From assembly GCA_964355175.1 (NCBI GenBank), contig CAYHBZ010000002.1:396537-460536 (forward strand): DNA of 64,000 bases, in the 5' to 3' direction. The notes under the pieces are model-generated. The model ran no database searches and was not told the origin of the DNA. It saw nothing but the letters and a program-made list of their open reading frames with translations. Shown one piece after another: positions 48,779 through 58,763 of the stretch (the stretch's first letter is position 1; every line of letters begins with the position of its first letter). A program made the translations under genes and the position numbers. Origin of the DNA: an uncultured Gammaproteobacteria bacterium. GTDB taxonomy: Bacteria > Patescibacteriota > Patescibacteriia > Magasanikbacterales > GWA2-37-8.

Positions 48779-49879
48779 ATGTCCAATTTTAGATTTAAAT
48801 TTTATCGGAATACTTCCGACGCTCTGGCCGCCATGCGTGAGGCGATTTTGGGCGCGCAAAAATCTATTTACTGGGAAATTTATACTTTGATAGATGACCA
48901 GGTCGGCGGTCAATTTTTGGATATACTATGCGACAAGGCCCGAGCTGGAATGGAAGTAAAGGTAATAGTGGATGGAATTGGGAGCTTTGAGCTGTCGCGT
49001 AGTGGCTTTGATCGTCTGTTGGCGGCAGGTGTGGATGTGGTTACTTATAATCCGTTATTTCGCGGCTGGTCTTTGCGTGGCTGGATGCGTTCTTTTTGGT
49101 ATAGGAACCATCGCAAAATTTTGGTGGTGGATGAAGATATAGTATTTATCGGCGGAGTAAATGTGGCTCATATGTATGCCGCTTGGGATGATCTGCATGT
49201 GCGTCTCACCGGCCGAGTGGTGTCGCCGCTATTGCGATCTTTTGCCCAATCCTATGTGCGCGGCGGGGGAGATAAAAATAAAGTCAAACATCTTTTGCGA
49301 CTGCCTTTTAAAAAAGAATGGGAAGAGTTTAAAAATCGCTATAGTTTTATTTTGAACTCACCTTTGCAAAATAAAAAGCCGCGCGCGCAAAAAGTTTTTT
49401 TTAATAGTTTGGCCAAAGCCAAAACACGTTTTAGTATCTTGACGCCGTATTTCGTGCCGGATAAAAGTTTTTTTAAATTGGTAAAAGAAGCCAAAGCGCG
49501 CGGGGTAGTGGTAGAATTATTTTTGCCTATTCGCCAGGATAAAAAATATTTGGAGTGGGTATTGGGTTTGTATTCTACTATCGCTCACAAAAAAGGCATT
49601 GATGTGTATCTTTCCGAGAAAATGCATCATGGCAAAGCAATGATTGCCGATGATGTGGTGGGTTTTATTGGGAGCACCAATTTTACCTATCGTAGTTTTT
49701 TTATCAACGATGAAGCTGGGATTGTTTTTCATGATACTGCCATGATTAGAGAGCTCAGTACTGTCTTTGAAGATTTGCGTCATACTAGTATCAAATTAAC
49801 TGAAAAAAATTATTTGCATCACGGTTGGCTAGGAAAAATTAAAGATTGGCTGGGTAAAAAATTTGGAGATTTAATATGA
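48779..49879 (+). CDS. Phospholipase D-family enzyme (cardiolipin synthase-like)
   Basis: Two HKD motifs, 'HRKILVVDEDIVFIGGVN' and 'HGKAMIADDVVGFIGSTN'. Confidence 0.7.
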   Translation: MSNFRFKFYRNTSDALAAMREAILGAQKSIYWEIYTLIDDQVGGQFLDILCDKARAGMEVKVIVDGIGSFELSRSGFDRLLAAGVDVVTYNPLFRGWSLRGWMRSFWYRNHRKILVVDEDIVFIGGVNVAHMYAAWDDLHVRLTGRVVSPLLRSFAQSYVRGGGDKNKVKHLLRLPFKKEWEEFKNRYSFILNSPLQNKKPRAQKVFFNSLAKAKTRFSILTPYFVPDKSFFKLVKEAKARGVVVELFLPIRQDKKYLEWVLGLYSTIAHKKGIDVYLSEKMHHGKAMIADDVVGFIGSTNFTYRSFFINDEAGIVFHDTAMIRELSTVFEDLRHTSIKLTEKNYLHHGWLGKIKDWLGKKFGDLI

Positions 49880-51129
49880 CAAACTTCGCGCCTTTACCGG
49901 ATAGAATGCGTCCGCAAAATTTTGAAGAATTCTTTGGGCAGGAAGAAATTGTGGGCAAAGGGAAAATGCTCAGGAATCTAATTGAATCGGATCAATTGTC
50001 TTCGATAATTCTTTGGGGACCGCCGGGAGTGGGCAAGACTACTTTGGCGCAAATTATTGCCAAACAAACCAAAGCCCATTTTGTTTCCATTTCGGCCGTA
50101 ATGGGCGGCAAAGACGAATTACGCAAAGCCGTGGAAGATGCCGAATATCATCGTCGTTTGGAAAATAAACGCACGGTCTTATTTATTGATGAAATCCATC
50201 GCTGGAACAAAGCTCAGCAGGACGCACTTTTGCCGTATGTAGAAAAAGGTTTAATAATTTTGATTGGCGCTACTACTGAAAATCCTTCTTTTGAAATTAT
50301 CGGCGCTTTGCTTTCGCGCTCGCGGGTTTTTATTTTGAAATATTTGGAGAAAAAAGATTTGGTAAAAATTATCAATCAAGCTTTGGCTGATAAAGAGCGG
50401 GGGCTTGGAAATCTGAATATTAAAATTGAGAAAAAAGAAATAGAGATGCTGGCGGATTTGGCTTCAGGTGACGCGCGCGCCGCGCTCAATAGTCTAGATT
50501 TGGCCGTGAAATCCAAAAGTAATGTCGCCAACAAAGCTGTCATCCCGAACAAAGTGAGGGATCTTATAAAAATTACCGCCGAAGACATCAAAGAGGCTCT
50601 ACAAAAAACTCATTTGGTTTTTGATAAAAAAGGCGAAGAGTTTTATAATCTAATTTCAGCCTTGCATAAAAGTATGCGTGGCAGTGACGCGAATGCGGCA
50701 ATTTATTGGCTCGCTCGCATGCTCGAGGGCGGAGCAGATCCACTATATATCGCGCGTCGGGTATTGCGTTTTGCCAGCGAAGATATTGGTATGGCTAATA
50801 GCGAAGCGATGATCCAGGCCAACGCCGCCTATGATGCCTGTCATAAAATTGGTTTTCCGGAATGCAGTGTGCATTTGGCACAGGCGGTAGTGTATTGCGC
50901 AAAATCCAAAAAATCTAATTTGCTATACAGTGCCTACAACGAAGCCAAAGTGGATGCGCTGGCCACTTCACATTTGGGTGTGCCTATCCATCTGCGCAAC
51001 GCGCCGACGAAATTTATGAAAGAGATTGGGTATGGCAAAGATTATAAATATAATCCGGATTTTGATGAGCCGGTGGAGCAGGATTATTTGCCGAAGGAAT
51101 TGAAAGGGAGGAAGTATTTCGGAAAATAG
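49876..51129 (+). CDS. rarA: Replication-associated recombination protein A (AAA+)
   Basis: '[11 protein letters not shown]' and MgsA-type C-terminal domains. Confidence 0.85.
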   Translation: MTNFAPLPDRMRPQNFEEFFGQEEIVGKGKMLRNLIESDQLSSIILWGPPGVGKTTLAQIIAKQTKAHFVSISAVMGGKDELRKAVEDAEYHRRLENKRTVLFIDEIHRWNKAQQDALLPYVEKGLIILIGATTENPSFEIIGALLSRSRVFILKYLEKKDLVKIINQALADKERGLGNLNIKIEKKEIEMLADLASGDARAALNSLDLAVKSKSNVANKAVIPNKVRDLIKITAEDIKEALQKTHLVFDKKGEEFYNLISALHKSMRGSDANAAIYWLARMLEGGADPLYIARRVLRFASEDIGMANSEAMIQANAAYDACHKIGFPECSVHLAQAVVYCAKSKKSNLLYSAYNEAKVDALATSHLGVPIHLRNAPTKFMKEIGYGKDYKYNPDFDEPVEQDYLPKELKGRKYFGK

Positions 51130-51142
51130 CGATAAAAAAATA

Positions 51143-51318
51143 AAACAAAAAAATACCGTGCAATTTTTACCTGATAAAAGTTCGCATAATTGGCTATAAA
51201 TTTTCGTTACGGCTCTAAGGGTAGAGCCGTTGCCCTACGGGGCACCACTCAAATTTATTTAACGCCAATTAGGGGCTCACTTTTATGTGGTAAAAATTGC
51301 ACGGTATTTTTTTGTTTT
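51143..51318. repeat. 176 bp palindromic element with 30 bp perfect terminal inverted repeats between the convergent rarA and tsaE genes
   Basis: aaaacaaaaaaataccgtgcaatttttacc at 51143-51172 pairs with its reverse complement at 51289-51318. The inner core (ggctctaagggtagagcc, gttgccctacggggcacc) is hairpin-rich. Confidence 0.5.
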
Positions 51319-51745
51319 ATTTTTTTATCGTTATTTTCCTCTGATTATCTTCGGAATGCTCGATGGTGATGGTTGTGGTTTTTTTGTCTTTTAATAGGTT
51401 GGCAATTTTTTCTGGCCATTCTATGATGCAGAGTGTGTCAGGCTTGCCGAGATAATCTTCTGCGCCAATTTCGATTAATTCTTGCTCGTCTTTCAGGCGG
51501 TAGGTATCAATGTGTACTAGAGTTTTTATTTTTTCTAAATCTACCGGATAGGTATTTAGTAGGGTGAAAGTGGGGCTGGTGATTTCATATTTTATTTTTA
51601 ATCCGATAGCCAAGCCTTTTACTAGGGTGGTTTTACCGGCGCCAAGCTCGCCTTCCAATAATAAAATATCGCCACCTTGTAGCTGGGTGGCTAATTTTTT
51701 ACCGAATTCAGTGGTTTCCTCGGTTGTTTTGGTGATTATTTCCAT
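51317..51745 (-). CDS. tsaE: tRNA t6A37 biosynthesis ATPase TsaE
   Basis: 'GELGAGKTT' P-loop and YjeE-size protein. Confidence 0.75.
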   Translation of the reverse strand: MEIITKTTEETTEFGKKLATQLQGGDILLLEGELGAGKTTLVKGLAIGLKIKYEITSPTFTLLNTYPVDLEKIKTLVHIDTYRLKDEQELIEIGAEDYLGKPDTLCIIEWPEKIANLLKDKKTTTITIEHSEDNQRKITIKK

Positions 51746-51785
51746 ATGGGGTCTGGCGGGTTGTAAGTTTTAGTTTAGAAAAAAA

Positions 51786-52001
51786 TTAATTTCTTTTTTT
51801 CAAAAACATTGTTTTTAATACAAGGGTGGTTTTTCCATCGCGGCATTCAATTGTTTCGGTGTCATCTGTAATTCGGATATTTTTAAAAACGGTTCCAATT
51901 TTATAAGTAGTGGAAGAACCTTTTAGTTTTAAATCTTTATTGAGTTGCACAGAATCGCCCTCATTTAGTACATTGCCGTTGCAATCTTTTGTTTCTGACA
52001 T
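51786..52001 (-). CDS. PhnA/YjdC-like small protein
   Basis: C-terminal PhnA-like beta-rich domain 'GDSVQLNKDLKLKGSS...'. Internal Met start preferred. Confidence 0.4.
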   Translation of the reverse strand: MSETKDCNGNVLNEGDSVQLNKDLKLKGSSTTYKIGTVFKNIRITDDTETIECRDGKTTLVLKTMFLKKRN

Positions 52002-52155
52002 AGGTTTATAATTAATTTTTATAAAAAATATCACTAATTTATGTCGTTATTGTGATACAAATACACTCTAGTGTCAAGTTTAACTTTTAGAATCATTAGG
52101 TTTGCTTTTTTGCCAAGTATTTTGTATAATAGCCACATCGTTTTTATAGAAATTT

Positions 52156-52455
52156 ATGTCTTTATCCATTGAAGAAGTACGAAAGATTGCTCTGTTGGCT
52201 CGTCTGAAATTGACTCCGGCCGAAGAAAAGCGTCACGCCGAAACCATTTCCACGGTTTTGGATTTTGTTGCCCAATTAAATGAAGTAGATACAGAGGGGG
52301 TAGAGCCGACCGCGCAGGTGACCGGGCTGGAGGATGTGTCGCGCGAAGATTTGTCGCGTGATTGTGCGCACAAAAAAGAACTTTTGGCGCAGATGCCGAT
52401 GGTAGAAAATAATCTATTAAAGGTGCCGGCTGTTTTTAAAGATAGTGAAGAGTAG
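52156..52455 (+). CDS. gatC: Glu/Asp-tRNA amidotransferase subunit C
   Basis: GatC-typical N-terminal sequence. Overlaps the gatA start. Confidence 0.8.
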   Translation: MSLSIEEVRKIALLARLKLTPAEEKRHAETISTVLDFVAQLNEVDTEGVEPTAQVTGLEDVSREDLSRDCAHKKELLAQMPMVENNLLKVPAVFKDSEE

Positions 52456-53884
52456 ATTTATGAAATTAAATGAACTTACAATTAAAGAAGCTCGCTCTGG
52501 TTTGGATAGCAAAAAATTTACAGCGGTAGAATTGACCGAGGCTTGTCTAAAAAGAATAAACGAAAGAAATAAAGAAATCAACGCGTTTATTACGGTGTCG
52601 GATGATTTGGCCCTAGGGCAAGCTCGCGCGGCAGATAAATTAATTAGCGCCGGGAAACAAATGCCGCTTACAGGTATTCCTTTTGCCGTGAAAGATGCTA
52701 TTTGTACCGCTGGTGTACGCTCTACCGCTTCGGCCAAAATTCTTGATACTTATACGCCGCCATATAATGCCACTGTAATTCAGAAAATTTTGGATCAGGG
52801 TGCGGTGATGATTGGTAAAACAAATTGTGATGCTTTTGGTCATGGAGCCAGTAATGAAAATAGTATGTATGGCTCGGTAGCCAATCCGCATGATCTGACC
52901 AAAGTATCCGGTGGTTCATCTGGCGGTTCAGCCGCGGCGGTGGCCGATAATATGTGTTTGTTTGCGATTGCCGAAGATACTGGTGGATCTATTCGTCAGC
53001 CGGCTAGTTTTTGTGGCATTGTGGGTTTGCGTCCTAGTTATGGTCGTAATTCTCGTTTTGGTATTATGCCGATGGCTTCTTCTTTTGATACTGTCGGTCC
53101 AATGACCAAAACCGTGGAGGATATGACCGTAGTAATGCAGGTGATGGCTGGACAAGATGAACTGGATGCTACGACCGTGCCAGAAATTGTGCCGGATTAT
53201 TCCGCAGAATTTGAAAAAGATATTACCGGTTTGCGCGTCGGTGTGCCACGAGAATATTTTGAAAATGAAAGTATCGACGCGGAAGTAAAACAAGCAATGG
53301 AGAAACAGATAAAAAATTTAGAATCGCAAGGTGCAAAAATTATTGATGTATCTTTGCCAATGACCAAATACGCCATTTCTGTTTATTATATTCTGGTGCC
53401 GAGCGAAGATAGCTCTAATTTGGGACGCATGGATGGTGTGCGCTATGGTGTGCGCGCGGATGGAAAAGATTTATTGGATCTCTATGCCAATAGTCGCGAG
53501 CAGGGTTTTCCTGAAGAAGTAAAGCGTCGTATCTTAATCGGTACTTACGCTTTATCGGCCGGATATTATGATGCTTATTACAAAAAAGCTCAGCAGGTGC
53601 GTACTTTAATTCGTCGTGATTTTGATCGTGTGTTTAGTGAAGTGGATGTGTTGATCACGCCAACCTCACCATTTGCCGCTTTTAATATCGGTGAAAAATC
53701 CAGCGATCCTATGCAAATGTATTTGGCAGATGTGTTTGTGTCTCCGGCTTGTAGTGCCGGCATCCCGGGTATTTCCGTGCCCGCCGGTATGACCAAATCC
53801 GGTTTGCCTATAGGCGCTCAGATTATGGGGCCGCGTTTGAGCGAAGGTTTGGTAATGCGTGTTGCTAATAAAATTAAAATTTAA
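52445..53884 (+). CDS. gatA: Glu/Asp-tRNA amidotransferase subunit A (amidase)
   Basis: Amidase signature 'GGSSGGSAAAVA'. Confidence 0.85.
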   Translation: MKSRFMKLNELTIKEARSGLDSKKFTAVELTEACLKRINERNKEINAFITVSDDLALGQARAADKLISAGKQMPLTGIPFAVKDAICTAGVRSTASAKILDTYTPPYNATVIQKILDQGAVMIGKTNCDAFGHGASNENSMYGSVANPHDLTKVSGGSSGGSAAAVADNMCLFAIAEDTGGSIRQPASFCGIVGLRPSYGRNSRFGIMPMASSFDTVGPMTKTVEDMTVVMQVMAGQDELDATTVPEIVPDYSAEFEKDITGLRVGVPREYFENESIDAEVKQAMEKQIKNLESQGAKIIDVSLPMTKYAISVYYILVPSEDSSNLGRMDGVRYGVRADGKDLLDLYANSREQGFPEEVKRRILIGTYALSAGYYDAYYKKAQQVRTLIRRDFDRVFSEVDVLITPTSPFAAFNIGEKSSDPMQMYLADVFVSPACSAGIPGISVPAGMTKSGLPIGAQIMGPRLSEGLVMRVANKIKI

Positions 53885-53889
53885 TTTCT

Positions 53890-55311
53890 ATGCCAAAAGC
53901 CAAAGTAAAAACTTTTCCGCTGAAATCGCTAGGCACTATGCCGATGCCAGAGCCGCTTGAGGTGACCATGCCTATCATGACCATCACCTCGCCGACTGAG
54001 CGTATTTTGCCGCCGGAAAATTTTACTACGGCTGGTGAAGTGGTGAATTTTCGTGATAGTTGGAGAATTTTCAAAATTATCAGCGAGTTTATTGACGGCT
54101 ATGATTTTCTCAAACAATTCAAACGCGAAGTTACTATTTTAGGTTCGGCGCGTTTGCCAAAAAATGACCACTATTACAAAGAAGCACAGGAGCTCGGCTA
54201 TATGTTGGCCAAGCATGGCTTCACTACTATTACTGGTGGTGGTCCGGGCATCATGGAAGCCGCCAACCGTGGCGCGTTTGAAGGCGGCGGTGAAACTGTG
54301 GGTATTAATATCCAATTGCCATTTGAACAGCGCATCAATCCTTATGTGAAACATTCGGTCGGTTTTTATTATTTCTTTACTCGCAAGGTGATGCTCACTT
54401 CGCCGGCCAATGCCTTTGTGTTTTTCCCGGGCGGTTTTGGTACGCTTGATGAATTTTTTGAAGTAGTGGATTATATGGAGCTTGGCTATATGCCGAAGTC
54501 GCCGATAGTTTTGGTCGGTCGTACTTTTTGGGATCCGGTAATTAAATTTTTAAGAGAAAATTCTAGCGGTTTAGTGCACTGTGTATCGGAAGAAATTATC
54601 GATAGCTGGAAAGTAGCCCATACGGCGCAGGAAGCTTTTGAATTTATCAAGGATTCAGAAGACAGACCAAATGATTTTGATACTACCCCTGATCAAATCC
54701 AATCTAAAGGCGGGCCAGATTGGCGCGTATTTCGTATCATGGCCGAATTGGTAGATGGTTTTGAATTTTTGGCCACGATGAAAAATGAAGTCACTGTTTT
54801 TGGCACCAAAAGTATTTTACCAGGATCTTCGTACTATCAAGCCGCTCAGGCGACCGGAGAATTATTGGCAAAAAACGGATTCTCGGTTATTACCGGCGGG
54901 GGAGCCGGCACGATGGAAGCGGCCAACCGTGGCGCGTTTGAAGCGGGTGGTGAAAGTGTCGGTATGACTATTGTGCGTGAGAATGCTATTCAGAATAATA
55001 ATTATCTCACGAAATCAATTGGCTTTTCTTTTCCATTTGTGCGCAAATTAATTATTACCGCCCCTTCCAAAGCCTTTATATTTTTCCCGGGCGGTTTTGG
55101 TACGCTTCATCAATTATTTGAACTCCTTACTTTGCAAGAAACCGGGAAGATGCCTTTGACTCCGGTAATTTTGTTTGGCCGAGATTTTTGGCATCCAATG
55201 ATTGAATACTTCCATATGCTCTATGGTAACTTTAAGACCATCAGCATGGTAGATCAGAAATTGGTAAATGTTGTAGACAGGCCGGAAGAAATTTTGAGAT
55301 TTATCAAATAA
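53890..55311 (+). CDS. Tandem LOG-family (TIGR00730, cytokinin riboside 5'-monophosphate phosphoribohydrolase-like) fusion protein
   Basis: Two full copies of 'ITGGGPGIMEAANRGA...PGGFGTL.E'. Confidence 0.7.
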   Translation: MPKAKVKTFPLKSLGTMPMPEPLEVTMPIMTITSPTERILPPENFTTAGEVVNFRDSWRIFKIISEFIDGYDFLKQFKREVTILGSARLPKNDHYYKEAQELGYMLAKHGFTTITGGGPGIMEAANRGAFEGGGETVGINIQLPFEQRINPYVKHSVGFYYFFTRKVMLTSPANAFVFFPGGFGTLDEFFEVVDYMELGYMPKSPIVLVGRTFWDPVIKFLRENSSGLVHCVSEEIIDSWKVAHTAQEAFEFIKDSEDRPNDFDTTPDQIQSKGGPDWRVFRIMAELVDGFEFLATMKNEVTVFGTKSILPGSSYYQAAQATGELLAKNGFSVITGGGAGTMEAANRGAFEAGGESVGMTIVRENAIQNNNYLTKSIGFSFPFVRKLIITAPSKAFIFFPGGFGTLHQLFELLTLQETGKMPLTPVILFGRDFWHPMIEYFHMLYGNFKTISMVDQKLVNVVDRPEEILRFIK

Positions 55312-55312
55312 T

Positions 55313-56116
55313 ATGATTCCATATTTCCAAGCCAATGCTTTTGCGATTGGGCCAATCACTATCCAAGTGTGGGGGTTGATGGTGTCACTTGGAATGTTGG
55401 TAGGATTGGTGATTTCTTATAAATATGCCCGTCGATATTTTTTGTCCGAACAGGTCATTTTGGATTTAGCGCTCTGGAGTATTATTGGCGGATTTATCAT
55501 GGCTCGAATTTTCCATATAATTTTTTACGCGCCGGATTATTATCTTTTACACCCGTCGGAAGTAATTTATTTTTGGCAGGGTGGAGCTTCGTCTATTGGT
55601 GGATTTGTCGGAGCCGCTTTGGCGATTTATATTTTTGCCAAAATAAAAAACTTTTCTTTTGTTGAGTTGCTGCCATATTTTGATGTGATGGCGGTGGGAT
55701 TGTGGATTGGATGGGCGATAGGGCGTATCGGCTGTTTCCTTATTCATGATCATCCAGGCACATTATCGCATTCGTTGTTGGCAGTGAGGTTTCCGGATGG
55801 CGCTCGATTTGATTTGGGTTTGTTTGATTCCATTTTAGCTTTTTTCATATTTTTTATTTCTGTTTTGTCTTTTAAAAAATTGGTTAAAATCCGTTATGGC
55901 CTGATATCCAAACTATCTTTTATGATATATGCTTTCGCGCGTTTTTGGTTAGATTTTCTGCGCGCATCGGATTTGAGTCAGTCTGATATGCGTTATGCCC
56001 ATCTCACGCCGGCGCAATGGGGGATGGCTGTGATTTTTATAGGATTGACTTTTTCTCTCTTTTTTGATAAAATCAAGTCCGATGTCATCCCGAATGAAAT
56101 GAGGGATCTTAAATAA
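55313..56116 (+). CDS. lgt: Prolipoprotein diacylglyceryl transferase
   Basis: Polytopic protein with 'GRIGCF' signature. Confidence 0.8.
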   Translation: MIPYFQANAFAIGPITIQVWGLMVSLGMLVGLVISYKYARRYFLSEQVILDLALWSIIGGFIMARIFHIIFYAPDYYLLHPSEVIYFWQGGASSIGGFVGAALAIYIFAKIKNFSFVELLPYFDVMAVGLWIGWAIGRIGCFLIHDHPGTLSHSLLAVRFPDGARFDLGLFDSILAFFIFFISVLSFKKLVKIRYGLISKLSFMIYAFARFWLDFLRASDLSQSDMRYAHLTPAQWGMAVIFIGLTFSLFFDKIKSDVIPNEMRDLK

Positions 56117-56121
56117 TCACT

Positions 56122-56206
56122 GGAGAGGTCGCATAGTGGCCGAGTGCGCCGCCTTGGAAAGGCGGTATACCGCAAGGTATCGAGGGTTCAAATCCCTCTC
56201 TCTCCG
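56122..56206 (+). tRNA. tRNA-Ser(GGA)
   Basis: Hand fold with anticodon loop TTGGAAA, long variable arm and T-arm GAGGG-TTCAAAT-CCCTC. No encoded CCA. Hairpin terminators at 56236-56270 and 56300-56330. Confidence 0.7.
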
Positions 56207-56405
56207 CTGGGTCACGCTTATATGAGCAAAGGGTTCATATTCCAAAAACATCTCGACTAAGTCGGGATGTTTTTTTACCAGATAAAAAAATAATTCTTCA
56301 TAAAAACACACCGTCGGGTGTGTTTTTATATTGACAAAAATGTATTTTTAGTATAGGCTCTAGCCTGATCGTTCTCGCGGATTTCTCGCGCTACAGGAGG
56401 ACATC

Positions 56406-56774
56406 ATGGCAGATTCTCTGCCGTTCCAAGAAGATCTGCGTAAGCCATTCCACATCTCAGTCTGCGACCGGATCGCTCTCTGCCTCACGGCAATGAGCAT
56501 CTCCGGTGGAAGGGAGATCCCGCTCGGCATCCAGGAGGTGACCAGAGACCTGGATCTCTTGGACAAGACCAAGGTCCCGGCCAAGGAACTGCCCAGTGTG
56601 ACAAAGGCCCTCTACGGCCTGCGGGTGATGTACGGCCCTCTCATGCCGACGGTTTCTCAGCGCCTGACCCAATCGATCGACCTCTTGGTCGTGTATCAAG
56701 AGGAGCTGGCCGAGGATGGCAAGCTGGATCGCGACCTCGTGTGGTTGCCGCCTGTCGTCGACCCGGTAGCCTAG
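56406..56774 (+). CDS. High-GC hypothetical protein (122 aa)
   Basis: RBS 'aggagga' 6 nt upstream. Long imperfect hairpin plus U-tract downstream (56890-56960). Confidence 0.45.
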   Translation: MADSLPFQEDLRKPFHISVCDRIALCLTAMSISGGREIPLGIQEVTRDLDLLDKTKVPAKELPSVTKALYGLRVMYGPLMPTVSQRLTQSIDLLVVYQEELAEDGKLDRDLVWLPPVVDPVA

Positions 56775-57041
56775 CTGGTCTGTAGATTTTCACCCGGTCT
56801 TCGTCTATGTCCGGGTTGAGAGGTGTTCATACACCACTCCGTCCCGACTTAGTCGAGACGTGAATCACCGCAAGGTAGTGACGAGAACATCAGACATTCA
56901 GACTGTTCGCGCTCACTTAAGATTATAACTTGATTATAGTTTTAAGTGACGAACAGTCTTTTTGTTTTTTCTAAAGGATATTTTATAGATACGGATGGCA
57001 ATACTTTTGGTTTGCATCAGCCGGATGAAAAGGCGGCATAA

Positions 57042-57070
57042 TTGACTTTTTTGAATTTAATCGCTAAAAT
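57042..57070 (+). promoter_or_regulatory. sigma70 promoter TTGACT-17-TAAAAT
   Basis: Counted directly. About 35 nt upstream of the ATG at 57106. Confidence 0.5.
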
Positions 57071-57105
57071 GGTGTTCAGCCATTTTGGCTTTTTGGAGTT
57101 TCGCC

Positions 57106-57327
57106 ATGAGTGTAAAATATCGTCCGGGAACCGGCAGGGAGCCGCGCATCTTCCATGAGAGTATGGGCTTGCCCAGCCGGACGGTCGTTCAGATCGACTG
57201 GTGGACCTGTCCGAACCTGATCGTGAAGGATGAGCAGTTCGGAAATCGCGAACTCTGTGACTTTCAGAACCCGTCTTGGGAACACAAGTGCCAGGGTTGC
57301 GGTGCCGATCGTCCCGATAAGTCCTAG
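57106..57327 (+). CDS. High-GC small protein with a C-terminal RanBP2-like zinc-finger motif (W-x-C...C-x3-N-x6-C-x2-C)
   Basis: Start at MSVKYRP; the ORF track begins at 57085. 'DWWTCPN...CDFQNPSWEHKCQGCGADRP'. Confidence 0.5.
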   Translation: MSVKYRPGTGREPRIFHESMGLPSRTVVQIDWWTCPNLIVKDEQFGNRELCDFQNPSWEHKCQGCGADRPDKS

Positions 57328-57335
57328 GAGGACTC

Positions 57336-57456
57336 ATGCGTATCCGCGCACCCCCGCCTTAAAAAAGGCACAGGGAAGTAGCGGAATAAAAACCGCCGCC
57401 AACCTGTTTTGTTTCCAAATACAATTGGAGATGGGATAGGCTGGCGGTTTTTTGTT
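57336..57456 (+). other. Module M2, copy a: mini-ORF MRIRAPPP-stop followed by a terminator hairpin with a conserved loop
   Basis: RBS 'aggagga' overlaps the upstream TAG. The 9-codon ORF spans 57336-57362. Hairpin aaccgccgcc...ggctggcgg plus U-tract at 57388-57456. Confidence 0.5.
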
Positions 57457-57511
57457 TGACTTCCAGAGAGGGATTTGATAGTTTTGATGGGCGCAAATTT
57501 CGCGCCAACCA

Positions 57512-57925
57512 GTGAGGAACACAATGACTTGTGGTCAACGTCGCAAACTGCGTCTTGATATGATCGTGGTCAAGGGCTGGAACGGTCGTCGCCTCTCCAA
57601 GGGGTGTCGGAAGTACATACGCCGTCACCTGCCTCTGGAATGGCAGGCGATCGAGGATCGTGCTCAACAGGAGCGTGAGCTGGTGCGGCAGATCGAGCTG
57701 CACAAGGCGGCTGCTCGCAACAAGCAGACGGCTACGCGGCCGAGCTTCTCCGCGCCGTCGTTCGCTACGGCGAAGCCTGCACCGGTGCCGGTCAAGCCTC
57801 CGCGGGATCCATGGTGGACCTGCAAGGCCGAAACCAAGGGAGGTTATTTCTCCGGCGCCTGCAACGAGCTGAACTACAGTAATACCTCCTGCACCTACTG
57901 TGGTGCGGCTCGCCCGGCAGCGTGA
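57512..57925 (+). CDS. High-GC protein with a basic N-terminus and a C-terminal RanBP2-like zinc-finger motif (paralogous C-terminus to 57106)
   Basis: 'PWWTCKAETKGGYFSGACNELNYSNTSCTYCGAARP'. Confidence 0.5.
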   Translation: MRNTMTCGQRRKLRLDMIVVKGWNGRRLSKGCRKYIRRHLPLEWQAIEDRAQQERELVRQIELHKAAARNKQTATRPSFSAPSFATAKPAPVPVKPPRDPWWTCKAETKGGYFSGACNELNYSNTSCTYCGAARPAA

Positions 57926-57931
57926 GGAATC

Positions 57932-58054
57932 ATGCACTACTCCACCGGACCGCCTTGAAATATAGGTGGGCAGGGCGGAGGAAGATTACATCGACCACCA
58001 AACTGCTTTGTATGAAAATTTTTTATATAGAGCAGAGTGGTCGATGTTTTTTTA
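57932..58054 (+). other. Module M2, copy b: mini-ORF MHYSTGPP-stop followed by a terminator hairpin with a conserved loop
   Basis: RBS 'gaggaa'. ORF spans 57932-57958. 11 bp perfect stem acatcgaccac/gtggtcgatgt plus U7. Confidence 0.5.
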
Positions 58055-58064
58055 TTTGAAATAC

Positions 58065-58093
58065 TTGACAAAAGCTCTATTTTTGTCTATAAT
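58065..58093 (+). promoter_or_regulatory. Consensus sigma70 promoter TTGACA-17-TATAAT
   Basis: Perfect hexamers with a 17 nt spacer. Confidence 0.55.
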
Positions 58094-58197
58094 CATTAGT
58101 TAATTAATGGTCATCATATGATGCACGCCCAAAGAGGTTGGTCGTGTTTCATACCGTGATCCGTTAAGGAACATGGGCAACTCGCGTAGGGGGAAAT

Positions 58198-58746
58198 ATG
58201 TTGGAAATCATTTTGGAACCGAAGCTCAAGAACAAGTTCCTGACCGCTCGGGTCAAGGCGCATTGCGGGGTCATGACATGGTCGTTTTGCACCGCTGAAG
58301 GCGGTGTGGCGATCATCGAAGCGTTCGTCCGCGAACGCGTCTGGGGCTGGCAGGAAACTCGTCCGCTCTGCCGCCAGATGGAAGCGACTTTCCCCAAGGA
58401 TGCCAGCAAGTTGGCCGCCTGGCTCAACATGTTCGAGTCCTCCTCGTGCGATGTGGCCGTTCAGCCCATCCATCTCGTGGATCAAGCCGGCGCTTCCCTC
58501 GCTATCAGTGGCAACCAGCTGCATGATGGTGTGGTCGCTACGATCGGTACGGCCGTCTGCATGCTGGATCACTACCTCGTTCGCGGGGTGTTGCGCAACG
58601 GCGACTGCATCTCCGCGACGCAGCAGATGCTCCAGGCTGGCATGACCGACGTCATTTCGGAAAAGGCGTTTCGTGCTTTGACCGGTGGCATTCCGCTGTC
58701 CGGTTTCAACGAGTACGACTACCGTCGGATGGTCGGTCAACTCTAG
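58198..58746 (+). CDS. High-GC hypothetical protein (182 aa, Cys-containing, soluble)
   Basis: RBS 'aggggg'. The overlapping minus-strand ORF is judged a shadow. Confidence 0.5.
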   Translation: MLEIILEPKLKNKFLTARVKAHCGVMTWSFCTAEGGVAIIEAFVRERVWGWQETRPLCRQMEATFPKDASKLAAWLNMFESSSCDVAVQPIHLVDQAGASLAISGNQLHDGVVATIGTAVCMLDHYLVRGVLRNGDCISATQQMLQAGMTDVISEKAFRALTGGIPLSGFNEYDYRRMVGQL

Positions 58747-58763
58747 TCAAAGAGGAGGAGAAC

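Noticed and set aside
58114-58740. 208 aa minus-strand ORF opposite the 58198-58746 gene
   Set aside because: The consensus promoter, RBS and downstream terminator module are all on the plus strand.
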